A stretch of 64,000 nt of DNA. Origin: a candidate division FCPU426 bacterium (GTDB lineage Bacteria > Oederibacteriota > JAAXVQ01 > JAUVAV01). Of this stretch, positions 37,435 to 47,857 are shown in pieces. The notes beneath the pieces are model-generated. The model made no database searches. It was given only the letters and a program-made list of their open reading frames with translations, and was not told where the DNA came from. How positions within the stretch are numbered: the stretch's first letter is position 1; each line of letters starts with the position of its first letter. Location of the stretch: positions 672,001-736,000 of the forward strand of contig JBFLYH010000001.1 in NCBI GenBank assembly GCA_040756875.1, given 5' to 3'. Position numbers and translations under genes: made by a program.

Positions 37435-38433
37435 ATGGACTTGGCGTCAGATCTTTGGGTGGCATTGCAGACCTGCAATCCTGTGCCTGGCCGAACGCCC
37501 GCAGGACTGACACGATGGGCGATTATTTTACGCGCATGCGTTTTTTCGATGACCGTAACTTCCGGGCTGATCGGAGTCATGCTGGCATGGCGCAGCGGTT
37601 TTTTTTCATGGCCTTTGTCTATTTTGGTCGTTTTGGGCCTGTTGCTTGCCCACGCCGCCAACAATGTTTTAAACGATCTGATGGATTTTCGAAGCGGCGT
37701 GGATACTGCAGACTATCACCGAGTCAAGTATGCTCCACATCCCATCCATGCCGGCTGGCTCACTGCCCGCGCCATGTTTTTGGTTTTTATTGCACTGTCT
37801 TTCGCGGATTTGGTCATTCTGGTCATATTAACGGGGGCAAGGGGACTTCCGGTCGCTGGTTTTGCGTTAGCTGGTTTTTTAATCAGCGTGGCTTATGTGG
37901 GCGGTAAGTTTTCGCTTAAATTTCTCGGATTGGGTGAGGCCGCAGTATTTGTGGTTTGGGGGCCGTTGATGATCGGAGGGACCTATTGGGTAATGGCGGG
38001 TTCGATCCCTTCACGGATTTTATGGGCTTCCATTCCGTATGCCCTTTTAGTGACTACAGTCATTCTAGGCAAGCACATTGACAAATTGGAAGCTGATAAA
38101 TCCAAGGGAATTAAAACACTCCCGGTTCTGCTCGGGGCCAAAAACGCGCTTGCCCTGATTTACAGTCTGATGGGACTTTTCTACCTGATCCTGTTATGCG
38201 AAAGCGTCCTGAACATCCTTCCGGCCGCTTCGTTACTGGCATTATTTTCGCTTCCGCGCGCGTTCTTGGTTTGGAAAACGCTCCGCCAACCGAAACCGGC
38301 CGAAGCGCCGAAGGATTGGCCGATCTGGCCGCTGTGGTATGTCGGTTGGTGCTTTCATCTGGTCCGCTTGGCCGGAGGCTTGATGTTGATGGGATTCTTC
38401 GGACAGGTTATTCTGGAACGGTTTTTCCGTTGA
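37435..38433 (+). CDS. menA: UbiA-family prenyltransferase, MenA-like
   Basis: NVLNDLMDFRSGVD, LGLGE, D.EADKSKGIKTL, multiple TM helices; GGAGGTG RBS. Confidence 0.8.
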   Translation: MDLASDLWVALQTCNPVPGRTPAGLTRWAIILRACVFSMTVTSGLIGVMLAWRSGFFSWPLSILVVLGLLLAHAANNVLNDLMDFRSGVDTADYHRVKYAPHPIHAGWLTARAMFLVFIALSFADLVILVILTGARGLPVAGFALAGFLISVAYVGGKFSLKFLGLGEAAVFVVWGPLMIGGTYWVMAGSIPSRILWASIPYALLVTTVILGKHIDKLEADKSKGIKTLPVLLGAKNALALIYSLMGLFYLILLCESVLNILPAASLLALFSLPRAFLVWKTLRQPKPAEAPKDWPIWPLWYVGWCFHLVRLAGGLMLMGFFGQVILERFFR

Positions 38434-38468
38434 AGAGATTTACAGATCGACGGATGAAGGTGGAACCG

Positions 38469-38822
38469 TTATGAGAGATCTTCTTCGGCGAGTGCGGCTT
38501 GAATGTGCTGGCTTAAAGCCGCCAAGGCGTCAGGGTCGATAACCGGCGGAAGATTCTGAGCGGATTCGGGTTTTCCGGAGGAGCCGGAGCCTGCGGGTTC
38601 GGCACGATGGGCGCGAAGCCTGAAAATTTCATCCGCGAGATTGATGCCCGCCAGGATGCTGATCTTTAAGGGGCTGGTTAGATGGGTATTCTCAGATATT
38701 TCCCTCATTTTTTCGTCGAGATATCGGGCGAGGGTGAAAATGTAATTGTCGTCTGCTTCGCCGCGAATGGCATATTCGCTGCCGAAAATGGTTACTTTGA
38801 CGGACGGGCGCTCTTCACTCAT
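38469..38822 (-). CDS. zapA: cell division protein ZapA
   Basis: VTIFGSEYAI, LARYLDEKM, ILAGINLADE. Confidence 0.9.
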   Translation of the reverse strand: MSEERPSVKVTIFGSEYAIRGEADDNYIFTLARYLDEKMREISENTHLTSPLKISILAGINLADEIFRLRAHRAEPAGSGSSGKPESAQNLPPVIDPDALAALSQHIQAALAEEDLS

Positions 38823-39093
38823 TCTTGATTTGCTCCACGATCCCGGCCTGGGCATGTTCCAATTCGCCGATCAACCGGCCGATGATGGCTATGGCTTTTT
38901 TCCGCTCTTTATATAACCGCTCGATTTCCCGCTCTAATGATTGGGTCTGAAGGGTTCCGGCCCGGTCGTCTTTAACCCTCAACCGCTCGGCTTCCAGTGC
39001 GCGGGTCCGCCACTTCTTGGCTTCTTCCCGGGTTTGACGCAAGGCGGAGATCAATTGATCGACTTGCTGGATGAGTTGCGTCCACAGATCCAT
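38815..39093 (-). CDS. small coiled-coil protein (ZapB-like)
   Basis: MDLWTQLIQQVDQLI heptad pattern; lies between pheT and zapA. Confidence 0.7.
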   Translation of the reverse strand: MDLWTQLIQQVDQLISALRQTREEAKKWRTRALEAERLRVKDDRAGTLQTQSLEREIERLYKERKKAIAIIGRLIGELEHAQAGIVEQIKNE

Positions 39094-39130
39094 GGTTAGA
39101 GTCCAAACTGCCGCCTGTCGCGGCGAACGA

Positions 39131-41551
39131 TTAGCGCTGCGACGCGCCGAAGCGTTCTTGCAACCGTTGAAGGATGCGCGCCTGAAGCGAATTGACTTCC
39201 TCGTCCTGTAAAGTCCGGTCAAACGCCTGGAACGTCAGCGAAAAGGCCAAGCTCTTGTTGCCGGTTTTCAGGCCTTCGCCTTGATAGAGGTCGAAGGGAA
39301 GGACGCGTTGCACCAACCCTTGGCCCAACTCCTCGATGCTGCGTCGGACGTCTCCGGCCAGAGTGTCGGCGGGAACGGAGAGGGCGATGTCGCGGACAAC
39401 AGAAGGGTAGCGGGAAAAAGGGCTCATGCTTGGTACCCGGATCCAGCGGTCGGATAGCGCTTCCAAGTCCAGTTCGGCGATCAAGAGGGGATGCTTGGAC
39501 TTGAAATGTTCCTGACATTCCGGATGCAGGGTGCCGGCCCAGCCGATTTCCTTTTCGGAAATTTGAAGGTGGAAACTGGCATTGGGATGAAGAAAGGGCA
39601 GCGGGTCGGGAATGAATTCCAGCGGCAGGGCGATCGGCAAGTGTTCCCAGAGCCCTTCCAGCACTCCTTTTAGATCGTAAAATCCCGTCTCGGGGGGAGT
39701 GGGGCCGTCCTGCCAATGCCTGGGATGCTTCGCGCCGGCCAGGGCGATCCCCACATGAACGGGTTCGAACGGCAGCGTTTGCCCGGGCGCCGGAACAAAG
39801 ACGGCGCCGCATTCAAACAACCAAATCCGGTCCTGGCCCCGCCGTTGATTGTATATGATATTGTTAATCAATCCCGGCAATAAAGCGGGACGCAGCAGGG
39901 CGGCGTCTTCGCTCAAGGGGTTTTGCAGGGCTAGGGAAGCGCGCCAGGGATGTTCCGGCGGAAGACGCAAAGCCGACCAGCTGGCTGCGCCGCAAAAGCT
40001 GTAATTGATCACTTCAGTCAATCCCGAGCCGACCAGCAGACGTCTGCATTGCTGGCGGAACTGCCTGCGGGAGTCCTGTTCGGGCGATACCAGCGGTACC
40101 CGAGGCTGGCGGATGGGAATTTGGTCATATCCCATGACTTCGGCCAAATCCTCGATCATATCCTCTTCGAATGATATGTCGGAGCGGAAACTGGGAACAT
40201 GAACCCGATAGGTGTGAGCTTGGGGCGTGGATTCCGTCAGGAAACCAAGACGAGAAAGCGCCTTGAGCGAGGGCGAAGCGGGCAGGGAGGCGCCCAGGAC
40301 TTTTTCCGCACGGTCCAAGCGGAGGGTGACCATGCGCGGCGTGTATTTTTCCGGATAAAGCTCGGCAACGCCCTTGAGTATCTCGCCTCCGGCCAATTCT
40401 GCTATCAACTGGGCGGCGCGGTCCAGCGCCAGCAACAGCCCCAGCTCGGGATCGGTGCCGCGTTCGAAACGGTAGGAAGATTCGGATTTGCAATTGGTCA
40501 GGCGGCTCATCCGACGGACGACCTTTGGATCGAACCATGCGGCTTCGAGCAGGATATTTTTAGTGTGTTCCTGCACTTCGGTGTCTTTGCCGCCCATGAC
40601 ACCCGCCAAGGCCACAGCCTGCTTGGCGTCGGCAATGACCAATTCCGCGCCGGTCAGCGTCCTCGCTTGGCCGTCAAGCGTGGTGATTTTTTCACCCGCA
40701 GCTGCCTTGCGGGCCCGGATTACGCCGCCGGAGAGACGATCGTAATCAAAGGCATGGAGGGGATGGCCGATTTCCATCAACAGGTAATTGGTGATATCGA
40801 CGATGTTGTTGATGGGGCGGACCCCGACGGCTTCCAGGCGCTGCTGCATCCAGCGCGGGGAAGGCGAAACGGTAACATTGGTGATCATGCGGGCGCAATA
40901 GCGGCGGCAGCCCGATTGGGGTTCCACTTCGACCTTGATGCGGGAGACGGTAGGAACGGCGCTTTCGGCCAAGGAGACCGATGGCAGCGTCAGGGGCCGG
41001 TCCAGCACTGCGGACAAATGGCGGGCGATGCCAAGATGGGAAAGACAATCGGGGCGGTTGGGCGTTACGTCCACTTCCAACAGCGTATCATTGAGCCCTA
41101 AGAGCTGGGAAACCGGGCTTCCGAGCTGGCTGTCGGCCGGAAGGTGCATGATGCCTTCGCTTGAGGGGGCTATTCCCAGCTCGGATTCCGAACAAATCAT
41201 GCCATTGGATTCAACCCCGCGAATCTTGGCCCGGTTGATTTGCAGACCGCCGGGCAGAGTGGTCCCGGGCAAAGCCACAGGGACGATGTCTCCGGGAGCG
41301 ATGTTTTTAGCGCCGCAGACGATTTGCAGGGTTTCGCCGGGGATTTCGACCTGGGTGAGGCTCAATTTATCCGCGTTGGGATGGCGGGCGACATTCTGAA
41401 TGCGGCCGACAACGATTTTTTCCATGCCCTGACCGCGGGATTCGACCGCAGACACTTCCAACCCGCTCAAGGTCAAGCGTTCAGCCAAAATACGGGGTTC
41501 AATATCCCGCATATCGACAAATTCAGATAACCACGCAATCGAAACGCGCAA
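39131..41551 (-). CDS. pheT: phenylalanine-tRNA ligase beta subunit
   Basis: HPNADKL, IVCGAKN, TPNRPD, SYRFERG, RDIAL..KSLAF. TTG start after GGAGGA. Confidence 0.97.
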   Translation of the reverse strand: MRVSIAWLSEFVDMRDIEPRILAERLTLSGLEVSAVESRGQGMEKIVVGRIQNVARHPNADKLSLTQVEIPGETLQIVCGAKNIAPGDIVPVALPGTTLPGGLQINRAKIRGVESNGMICSESELGIAPSSEGIMHLPADSQLGSPVSQLLGLNDTLLEVDVTPNRPDCLSHLGIARHLSAVLDRPLTLPSVSLAESAVPTVSRIKVEVEPQSGCRRYCARMITNVTVSPSPRWMQQRLEAVGVRPINNIVDITNYLLMEIGHPLHAFDYDRLSGGVIRARKAAAGEKITTLDGQARTLTGAELVIADAKQAVALAGVMGGKDTEVQEHTKNILLEAAWFDPKVVRRMSRLTNCKSESSYRFERGTDPELGLLLALDRAAQLIAELAGGEILKGVAELYPEKYTPRMVTLRLDRAEKVLGASLPASPSLKALSRLGFLTESTPQAHTYRVHVPSFRSDISFEEDMIEDLAEVMGYDQIPIRQPRVPLVSPEQDSRRQFRQQCRRLLVGSGLTEVINYSFCGAASWSALRLPPEHPWRASLALQNPLSEDAALLRPALLPGLINNIIYNQRRGQDRIWLFECGAVFVPAPGQTLPFEPVHVGIALAGAKHPRHWQDGPTPPETGFYDLKGVLEGLWEHLPIALPLEFIPDPLPFLHPNASFHLQISEKEIGWAGTLHPECQEHFKSKHPLLIAELDLEALSDRWIRVPSMSPFSRYPSVVRDIALSVPADTLAGDVRRSIEELGQGLVQRVLPFDLYQGEGLKTGNKSLAFSLTFQAFDRTLQDEEVNSLQARILQRLQERFGASQR

Positions 41552-41752
41552 AAGAGTCCTCCTATAAATTGATGGATTTTTTCACAAGAAGTACGGGTTG
41601 TCAAGCGGTTAAAGTCCGGCCTTAAGTCCGAAAAAAGGCGTTTTTCCGTTCCATTTTTGCCATTCTTGAAGTAAACTATCAGGGTTTTGATAAAAGCTTG
41701 TTTTGTGCCTTCCGCACCGGCGGAGGCTCAATTATTTAAAAAATCGGACCCA

Positions 41753-43585
41753 ATGAATATGCCTGATGTCCTTCCTGACTACCAATGGCTCCTGACGACG
41801 CCTTCGGCCGAACATTGGCGGCGTATCGGCATCCAGCGCCGCGCGGGCCTGGTTCTGCCTTTGTTTTCAATCCGTTCCAGGCAGAGCGTGGGTATCGGTG
41901 AATTGACGGATTTGCCTTTGGTGGTTGACTGGTGCCTTTTATCCGGCATCAGCCTTCTCCAATTGCTGCCATTGAACGACGTCGGCTTCAACTTCACACC
42001 CTACGATGCGCAAAGCTCCCTGGCTCTGGATCCCATGTACCTGGGATTAACCCAATTGGAAGAAGTGCCGGCCAGCCGGTTTGCCCCACAAATCGAAGAG
42101 TTGCGCAAACGGTTTCCCGGCCGGGGACCACGGGTTGACTACGAGATTAAAAAAGCCAAACTGGAACTGCTGCGGAGCATCTTTCAATCCCAATCGTGGG
42201 AAGCGAGCTGGGCGTTTGACGATTTCAAGCGACAGTGCGCGGGTTGGCTGTCGGATTACGGCTGCTTCAAGTTGTTGAAGACGAGAAACCACGAACAACC
42301 TTGGTGGGACTGGCCTGTGGAGTTCCGTAGAAAAAACACCGATGCGGTTCGGGCTTTTTGCTGTGAACAAGCCCTGGAACTGGAATTTCACGCCTGGCTG
42401 CAGTGGCAGTTGTTCGAACAGTTCAGGAAAGTCAAGGCGTACGCCCAAAACCACGGCATCTTCGTCATGGGGGACATTCCGTTTCTGGTCTCGCGGGATA
42501 GCACGGATGTTTGGGCGCATCAGGATTACTTCAAACAGCATCTTTCCGCCGGCGCGCCGCCGGATATGTACCATGCCGAAGGCCAGCGGTGGGGAATGCC
42601 GCCCTATGACTGGGAAGCCATCGCCGCCAGCGGATACGATTATCTGATCGAAAAACTGCAATACGCCCAGAATTTTTACGACCTTTTCCGGATCGACCAC
42701 TTCATCGGCATTTTCCGGATCTGGACTTTCCCGGCCGACGGCAACGGCCAGGGCGCATTCGATCCGAGCGACCAGGAACGCTGGGAAGCGCATGGGACGG
42801 CCTTGTTGCGCATTATGCTGGCGCACACACGGATGCTTCCTTGCGCGGAGGATTTGGGCACGGTTCCCGACTGTTCCTACCGGGTTCTCAAGCAATACGG
42901 CATCGTCGGCATGGATATCCAGCGTTGGGAGCGCGATTGGGAGCGGACATTTGAATTCAAGCCGGCTGAAACCTACCGGATTCATTCCATGGCCATGATC
43001 GCCACCCACGACATGCTGGACCTGCGGGGCTGGTGGGAGCACGAAGCCGGAACTATCGAAGCCGGCGTATTCAAACGCAAATGCCGGGACCGAGGGTTGG
43101 AAGTCGGCCCTATTATGGAGAAAGCCTTCAGGTCTCCAAAAGCGGATTCGGAACGGCTGCGCTGGCACCGGCAACTCCGTACGCGGGAAGACTGGCTGGC
43201 CATCCTCGGGCGTCCGGAACAAGAAGTGAAGGATCTGCTCGATCTCTATTCGGGCACGGTTTCGGAAAAAGAGTTGTATTGGAAATATCTGGGTTTGCCG
43301 GGCGAAGCGTCCGAGGCATTTACGCCCGCCCTGGCTGAAGCCGCGCTTTTAAAAATCAATCAGACCTCTTCGGTCTTTTCACTGCAACTGCTGACGGACT
43401 GGCTTTCCATGACGGATTTTTTTAAGGACTGCAGTTCTTTGGATTGCAGGGTCAACCGGCCCGGAACCATCAGCGCGGACAATTGGAGCTTGGTCATGCC
43501 GTTCACACTGGAGGAGCTATTGGAAAATTCCGTTCACCGGCGCATCCGGCGCATCCTCGAGCAAACCGGGCGGGTTTCCGCATGA
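41753..43585 (+). CDS. malQ: 4-alpha-glucanotransferase (GH77)
   Basis: QLLPLND, GDIPF, GAPPD, GQRWGMP, RIDH, AEDLG, THD, NRPGT..NW. Confidence 0.93.
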   Translation: MNMPDVLPDYQWLLTTPSAEHWRRIGIQRRAGLVLPLFSIRSRQSVGIGELTDLPLVVDWCLLSGISLLQLLPLNDVGFNFTPYDAQSSLALDPMYLGLTQLEEVPASRFAPQIEELRKRFPGRGPRVDYEIKKAKLELLRSIFQSQSWEASWAFDDFKRQCAGWLSDYGCFKLLKTRNHEQPWWDWPVEFRRKNTDAVRAFCCEQALELEFHAWLQWQLFEQFRKVKAYAQNHGIFVMGDIPFLVSRDSTDVWAHQDYFKQHLSAGAPPDMYHAEGQRWGMPPYDWEAIAASGYDYLIEKLQYAQNFYDLFRIDHFIGIFRIWTFPADGNGQGAFDPSDQERWEAHGTALLRIMLAHTRMLPCAEDLGTVPDCSYRVLKQYGIVGMDIQRWERDWERTFEFKPAETYRIHSMAMIATHDMLDLRGWWEHEAGTIEAGVFKRKCRDRGLEVGPIMEKAFRSPKADSERLRWHRQLRTREDWLAILGRPEQEVKDLLDLYSGTVSEKELYWKYLGLPGEASEAFTPALAEAALLKINQTSSVFSLQLLTDWLSMTDFFKDCSSLDCRVNRPGTISADNWSLVMPFTLEELLENSVHRRIRRILEQTGRVSA

Positions 43586-43887
43586 GGAGCGACTCACGGT
43601 CCGGTGTAAAGACCGCGCAACGTCTCCTCCGCTGGGCGGGAGTCTGCTTGCTTGCCTTGCAACTGCAACTTCCCGCGGTTTGGGCCGCCACCACTGTGCA
43701 GGAAAACGTCCCGCCAAAGCGGGCTCAGGTTTCCATCCTCAATATCGCGCTTTTTTATGCCGGCGTGATCGGCGCCGTGATCGGCGCCTGCACCGGCTGG
43801 GTCAATTGGATCGCTGCGCCGCGATGGGACGCCCCCCAGAATGCCCCGCTGGACGAACCTGAACTTAAACCCACCCCAAAACCCTGA
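43582..43887 (+). CDS. small hypothetical membrane protein
   Basis: ATG overlaps the malQ stop; two hydrophobic segments. Confidence 0.55.
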   Translation: MRSDSRSGVKTAQRLLRWAGVCLLALQLQLPAVWAATTVQENVPPKRAQVSILNIALFYAGVIGAVIGACTGWVNWIAAPRWDAPQNAPLDEPELKPTPKP

Positions 43888-43944
43888 ATCATGCCGCCAT
43901 TCGCGCGCCCGGACCTGCAGCGCCGTTTGGTTATTTGTGCTCCC

Positions 43945-44946
43945 ATGCGTAACCTGCGAACCTTTGGGATAGCAGTGGCCGTTTTTATAATGTGGAGCAG
44001 TACCGCGAGCGCCAATCCGTCGCAGGGCCGGACGGCATCGGAACTTGAAAACCCCTACAGTTGGGAGGAATCCGAACATCCCGGAACCGCCGGTCAGGAA
44101 TCCGCCCATCCCCGGCCCACTCCGCCCGGTCCGCCCACACCCACGCCTGATTCGTCACGTCAGGATTCTTTTTATGAAAGGTATTTTAGGAAGGGGAAAC
44201 GGATCGAGGGGCCTGATTTGCCCACCTTGCCCAGCACACCGCGGCCGGTTCCGACCATCGCCGTGAAACAAACGACGCCTGTCAGTCCGGCCGACCGTCA
44301 GGCAGAGGAGATTGCCTCTTTGATGCAGGATTTGGTCGCCGAACCCCATCGCCGCCAGGCGGCGGTTGAGCGGCTGTCCATGATCGGAGCCCCGGCGGTT
44401 CCGGCCCTTCGGCGCGCTTTGCAGAATCCCTATAAATTCGCCCGCATCGGCGCCTTGGAGGCTTTGGGATATATCCATTCCCAGGAAGCGCTGCCTGATA
44501 TCCTGCGTTGTCTGAAGGACAAGGAGGAAAACGTGAGGGCCGAAGCGTTGAAGACGCTGGCGCGTTTACGCCACCGGACGGCGGTTTCCGCCATTGCTGA
44601 AAGGCTGGCGGACCCGCAACCGCGGGTCCGAAGGGAGGCGGTGCTGGCCTTGGGACGAATCAAAGGGTCCGGGGCCCAAGCGGCGTTGATCACGGCGGCC
44701 AGGAGCAACCTGCCCGAGATCCGGGGAATGGCTTGCGAAGAGTTGTCCGCCTTTCCGACATCCGAGAGCGTCCAGACGCTTTTGGAGGCCACCGCGGATT
44801 CCGACCGCGAAACCCGCCTGGCTGCCATCCGGTCCTTGGGCGACATCGGAGACCCGGCGGCCAGGGCGCGCCTGCAGACGCTAGGCCGCGACCAGGACCG
44901 CATGGTGCGCCAAGCCGCCCAACAAGCTTTGGAAAATCTGGAATGA
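43945..44946 (+). CDS. exported HEAT-repeat protein
   Basis: Signal peptide, Pro-rich linker, repeated D..VR.EA..ALG. Confidence 0.85.
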   Translation: MRNLRTFGIAVAVFIMWSSTASANPSQGRTASELENPYSWEESEHPGTAGQESAHPRPTPPGPPTPTPDSSRQDSFYERYFRKGKRIEGPDLPTLPSTPRPVPTIAVKQTTPVSPADRQAEEIASLMQDLVAEPHRRQAAVERLSMIGAPAVPALRRALQNPYKFARIGALEALGYIHSQEALPDILRCLKDKEENVRAEALKTLARLRHRTAVSAIAERLADPQPRVRREAVLALGRIKGSGAQAALITAARSNLPEIRGMACEELSAFPTSESVQTLLEATADSDRETRLAAIRSLGDIGDPAARARLQTLGRDQDRMVRQAAQQALENLE

Positions 44947-46085
44947 CCCAACCCTTCGTCCAACCTGAATTTATTTCCGCCCAAACGGATTGGGACGATT
45001 TGGCCAAGCGCCTGACCGGCGCCAAGCACTTGGCTTTGGATCTGGAAAGCAACGGATATTTCCGTTATCCTGAGCGGATCTGCCTGCTGCAAATCGCCGT
45101 CGAGGAAGGGATCTATCTGGTTGACACACTGACCGTGCGCGATCTTCGGGCCCTGGGATCGCTGCTCAACGACGCTCACTGCCTGAAAATCATGCACGCG
45201 TGCGACAACGACCTGCGCGTGCTTGACCGCGATTACGGCTTTCGCGTCCGCTCCGTTTACGATACGGCGGTGGCCGCCCGTTTCACCGGGCTTGACCGTT
45301 TGGGCCTGGCCACCGTCCTCCAAACGGTGTTGGGAATCGAATTGCCGAAATCCAAAGCTCTGCAGCGGCAGGACTGGACCCTCAGGCCCCTGGCAAAGTC
45401 ATCGCTTGAATACGCCGCAGGCGATGTGGCCTATCTCTTCGACCTGCAGGCCGAACTGAACCAGCGGTTGCAGGCCTTGGGGCGCTCGGAATGGGTCCGG
45501 GAAGAATGCGAACGGATGGAAGCCATCCGCCGCGCTCCCGAAACCAGACCGGAGGATCTTCTGTGGTCAATATCAGGAAGCCGGAGCCTGACAAATCGCG
45601 AACGCGCGGTTCTGCGGGAACTGGTGATGTGGCGCGACCGTCTCTGCCGCCAGGCGGACCGTGTCCCTTTCCGTGTCGTCAGTGACGAAGTCCTCCTCGG
45701 CCTTGCCCGCGACCCCAAACAGGACTTTCAAGCCCTCAAAGAGCTTAACGCGGTCCGCGCCCTGGGTGCGCTTTCTTCGCTCCGGCAGGCGCTGAATCAG
45801 GGGCGCACGGCCCCGCCGATCCCCCTGCCTGCAACCCAGGCAGGGCGGCGGCAGCGGAGGTCGCCTGCTTTTCTTCGCCGTCTTAAGGAATTAAAAGCCT
45901 GGCGGGTGTCTAAAGGCAAGGCGCTGGGATTGGATCAAGCCGTGATTTGGCCGCTGCCCAGCCTGGAACGAATGGCTGAAAATCCAAGCCTGGAGACGCC
46001 GAACGGGGAAGTACGCCAATGGCAACATACCGAGTTTTCGCGGGAAGTGGAACATTTGTTGCGTGTCTGGGAGGGGGAATCCTAG
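44943..46085 (+). CDS. rnd: ribonuclease D family 3'-5' exonuclease with HRDC domains
   Basis: ALDLES, CLLQI, HACDND, YDT, DWTLRPL, YAAGDV, WRD. Confidence 0.88.
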   Translation: MTQPFVQPEFISAQTDWDDLAKRLTGAKHLALDLESNGYFRYPERICLLQIAVEEGIYLVDTLTVRDLRALGSLLNDAHCLKIMHACDNDLRVLDRDYGFRVRSVYDTAVAARFTGLDRLGLATVLQTVLGIELPKSKALQRQDWTLRPLAKSSLEYAAGDVAYLFDLQAELNQRLQALGRSEWVREECERMEAIRRAPETRPEDLLWSISGSRSLTNRERAVLRELVMWRDRLCRQADRVPFRVVSDEVLLGLARDPKQDFQALKELNAVRALGALSSLRQALNQGRTAPPIPLPATQAGRRQRRSPAFLRRLKELKAWRVSKGKALGLDQAVIWPLPSLERMAENPSLETPNGEVRQWQHTEFSREVEHLLRVWEGES

Positions 46086-46135
46086 TCCGGCTGCGGCCGA
46101 AGAACCATCCGGGATCGCGGAAAAGGGGCTAACCC

Positions 46136-46780
46136 ATGAAACGAAACGTCATGCTGCGGGTCATCTTGAAAAGTGCGATGTTCTGTGCCTGCTGGTCGCT
46201 CGCCATAGGGGTTGCCCTCATGGGACCGACAGGGTGGGCGGCCCAAACAGCGGAAAGGAACGTTCGTCCCGCCGATGCGGAACGGTCCTTCCTTTTATCG
46301 TCCAATCTTAAGGAGTGCATCCGGATTTCAAACCTGACGTTGACGCAAAACGGAAAAGAACTGGAATGGTACGAACAAACCGGGACGGAAGAACGCCGTG
46401 AAAATCTCAGGCAGCGGCCTATTCTCAAACCGGTGGATCCGAACGGACTCTTCAGCCGCGGCCGTGAAATCGTCGCCCGGGTGGAACGCGGGCAGGAGAT
46501 GCGTCTTGCGCTCGCCTTGGAGAAGGCGGGTTTGGACGCAGCGAAAGGCGAATTAGTCAGACGACCGGTGGTTGACCTTTATTATTATATGACTCCAGGC
46601 CAGGATCGCGAATACCATGCGGCCGATTCCGGAGGGGCCTACCGCATTCTTATTCCGCCGAGACCCTACTGCCGCCAGGTGCGCTGCCAGATCCGGTCGG
46701 GGAACGAGCGCCATGAACTGATCCTGGTGTTCATGAACCGGCGCCTGCCGGTCACGCTCCAAGCCGGGGCCCGGGAGTGA
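46136..46780 (+). CDS. hypothetical exported protein
   Basis: Signal-like N-terminus; AAGGGG RBS. Confidence 0.65.
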   Translation: MKRNVMLRVILKSAMFCACWSLAIGVALMGPTGWAAQTAERNVRPADAERSFLLSSNLKECIRISNLTLTQNGKELEWYEQTGTEERRENLRQRPILKPVDPNGLFSRGREIVARVERGQEMRLALALEKAGLDAAKGELVRRPVVDLYYYMTPGQDREYHAADSGGAYRILIPPRPYCRQVRCQIRSGNERHELILVFMNRRLPVTLQAGARE

Positions 46781-46863
46781 TTTTTTTGCAGACAAACCGC
46801 CCTGGTTCTGTGTAAAACCTTTCTTATCTAGGTTTCCTTCGTTTACAAGCGAGAAAGCGAGGT

Positions 46864-47793
46864 TTGGCCATGGACGTTTTTCAGCTGGATATGGGGAAGT
46901 ACATGCAAAACTTCTTGGATTTCATCGTCACCGCGGGCCCGAAAATTCTGCTGACCCTGTTTCTGTTTTCCCTTCTCAATGTGGTGGTGAAATACCTCGT
47001 CCGGACCGTTGAAAATTTGTTTTTCAAACGGCTTTCCAAGAAAAACGCCGACCAGCAAACGGTGGACGAAGAATTGAAAAAGCGCCTGCAAACCATCATC
47101 AATCTCATGCGCAAGACGATTTACGCGGTGCTGTGGGTGATCGCCGGGCTGATCGTCCTTTCGCAGCTGGGAATCAACATCGGGCCTTTGGTCGCCACGG
47201 CGGGCGTCCTGGGGCTGGCCGTCAGTTTCGGGGCGCAGAGCCTGATCAAGGATCTGATCAGTGGCTTGTTCATCATCCTGGAAAACCAAATCCGGCTGGG
47301 CGACGTGGCTATCATCAACGGCACCGGCGGTTTGGTGGAATCGATCAACTTGCGCACGATCATCCTGCGGGATCTGGCGGGCGTGGTGCACGTCTTTCCG
47401 GCCGGGTCGATCAACACCATCGCCAACATGACCTTGGGCTGGTCGGCGTACGTGTTCGACATCGGCGTAGCCTACAAGGAAGACACGGATAAGGTTTCCC
47501 AGGTCATGACAGAGGTTTTGGAGGAATTGAGGGTCGACGAGCGCTTCGGCCCGATGATTCTGGAACCGTTGGAACTGTTCGGGGTGGATGATTTCGCGGA
47601 TTCGGCCGTGGTGATCAAAGCCCGCGTCAAAACCAAGCCGTTGAAGCAATGGGATGTCGCCCGGGAATACCGGCGCCGTTTGAAGAAGGCCTTTGACGCC
47701 CGCGGCATCGAGATACCTTTCCCGCATATGAGCCTGTATTTCGGGGAAGCCAGCAAAGCATTCCGCGTTCTCCAGGAACCAGCAGGGCGTTGA
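46864..47793 (+). CDS. small-conductance mechanosensitive channel (MscS/YbiO-like)
   Basis: AGVLGLAVSFGAQSLIKDLISG, G.VESINLR, GIEIPFP. Confidence 0.93.
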   Translation: MAMDVFQLDMGKYMQNFLDFIVTAGPKILLTLFLFSLLNVVVKYLVRTVENLFFKRLSKKNADQQTVDEELKKRLQTIINLMRKTIYAVLWVIAGLIVLSQLGINIGPLVATAGVLGLAVSFGAQSLIKDLISGLFIILENQIRLGDVAIINGTGGLVESINLRTIILRDLAGVVHVFPAGSINTIANMTLGWSAYVFDIGVAYKEDTDKVSQVMTEVLEELRVDERFGPMILEPLELFGVDDFADSAVVIKARVKTKPLKQWDVAREYRRRLKKAFDARGIEIPFPHMSLYFGEASKAFRVLQEPAGR

Positions 47794-47808
47794 AACCGTG
47801 CTTTGGGT

Positions 47809-47837
47809 TTGACAGGGGAGGGGAACATCGATAGAAT
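47809..47837 (+). promoter_or_regulatory. sigma70-type promoter
   Basis: TTGACA-N17-TAGAAT just upstream of AAGGAGG and the glutaredoxin ATG. Confidence 0.75.
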
Positions 47838-47857
47838 ACCCAGCCAAGGAGGCGGAC

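Noticed and set aside
38434-38468. 6S RNA downstream of zapA
   Set aside because: Only 35 nt separate zapA from the convergent menA-like gene.
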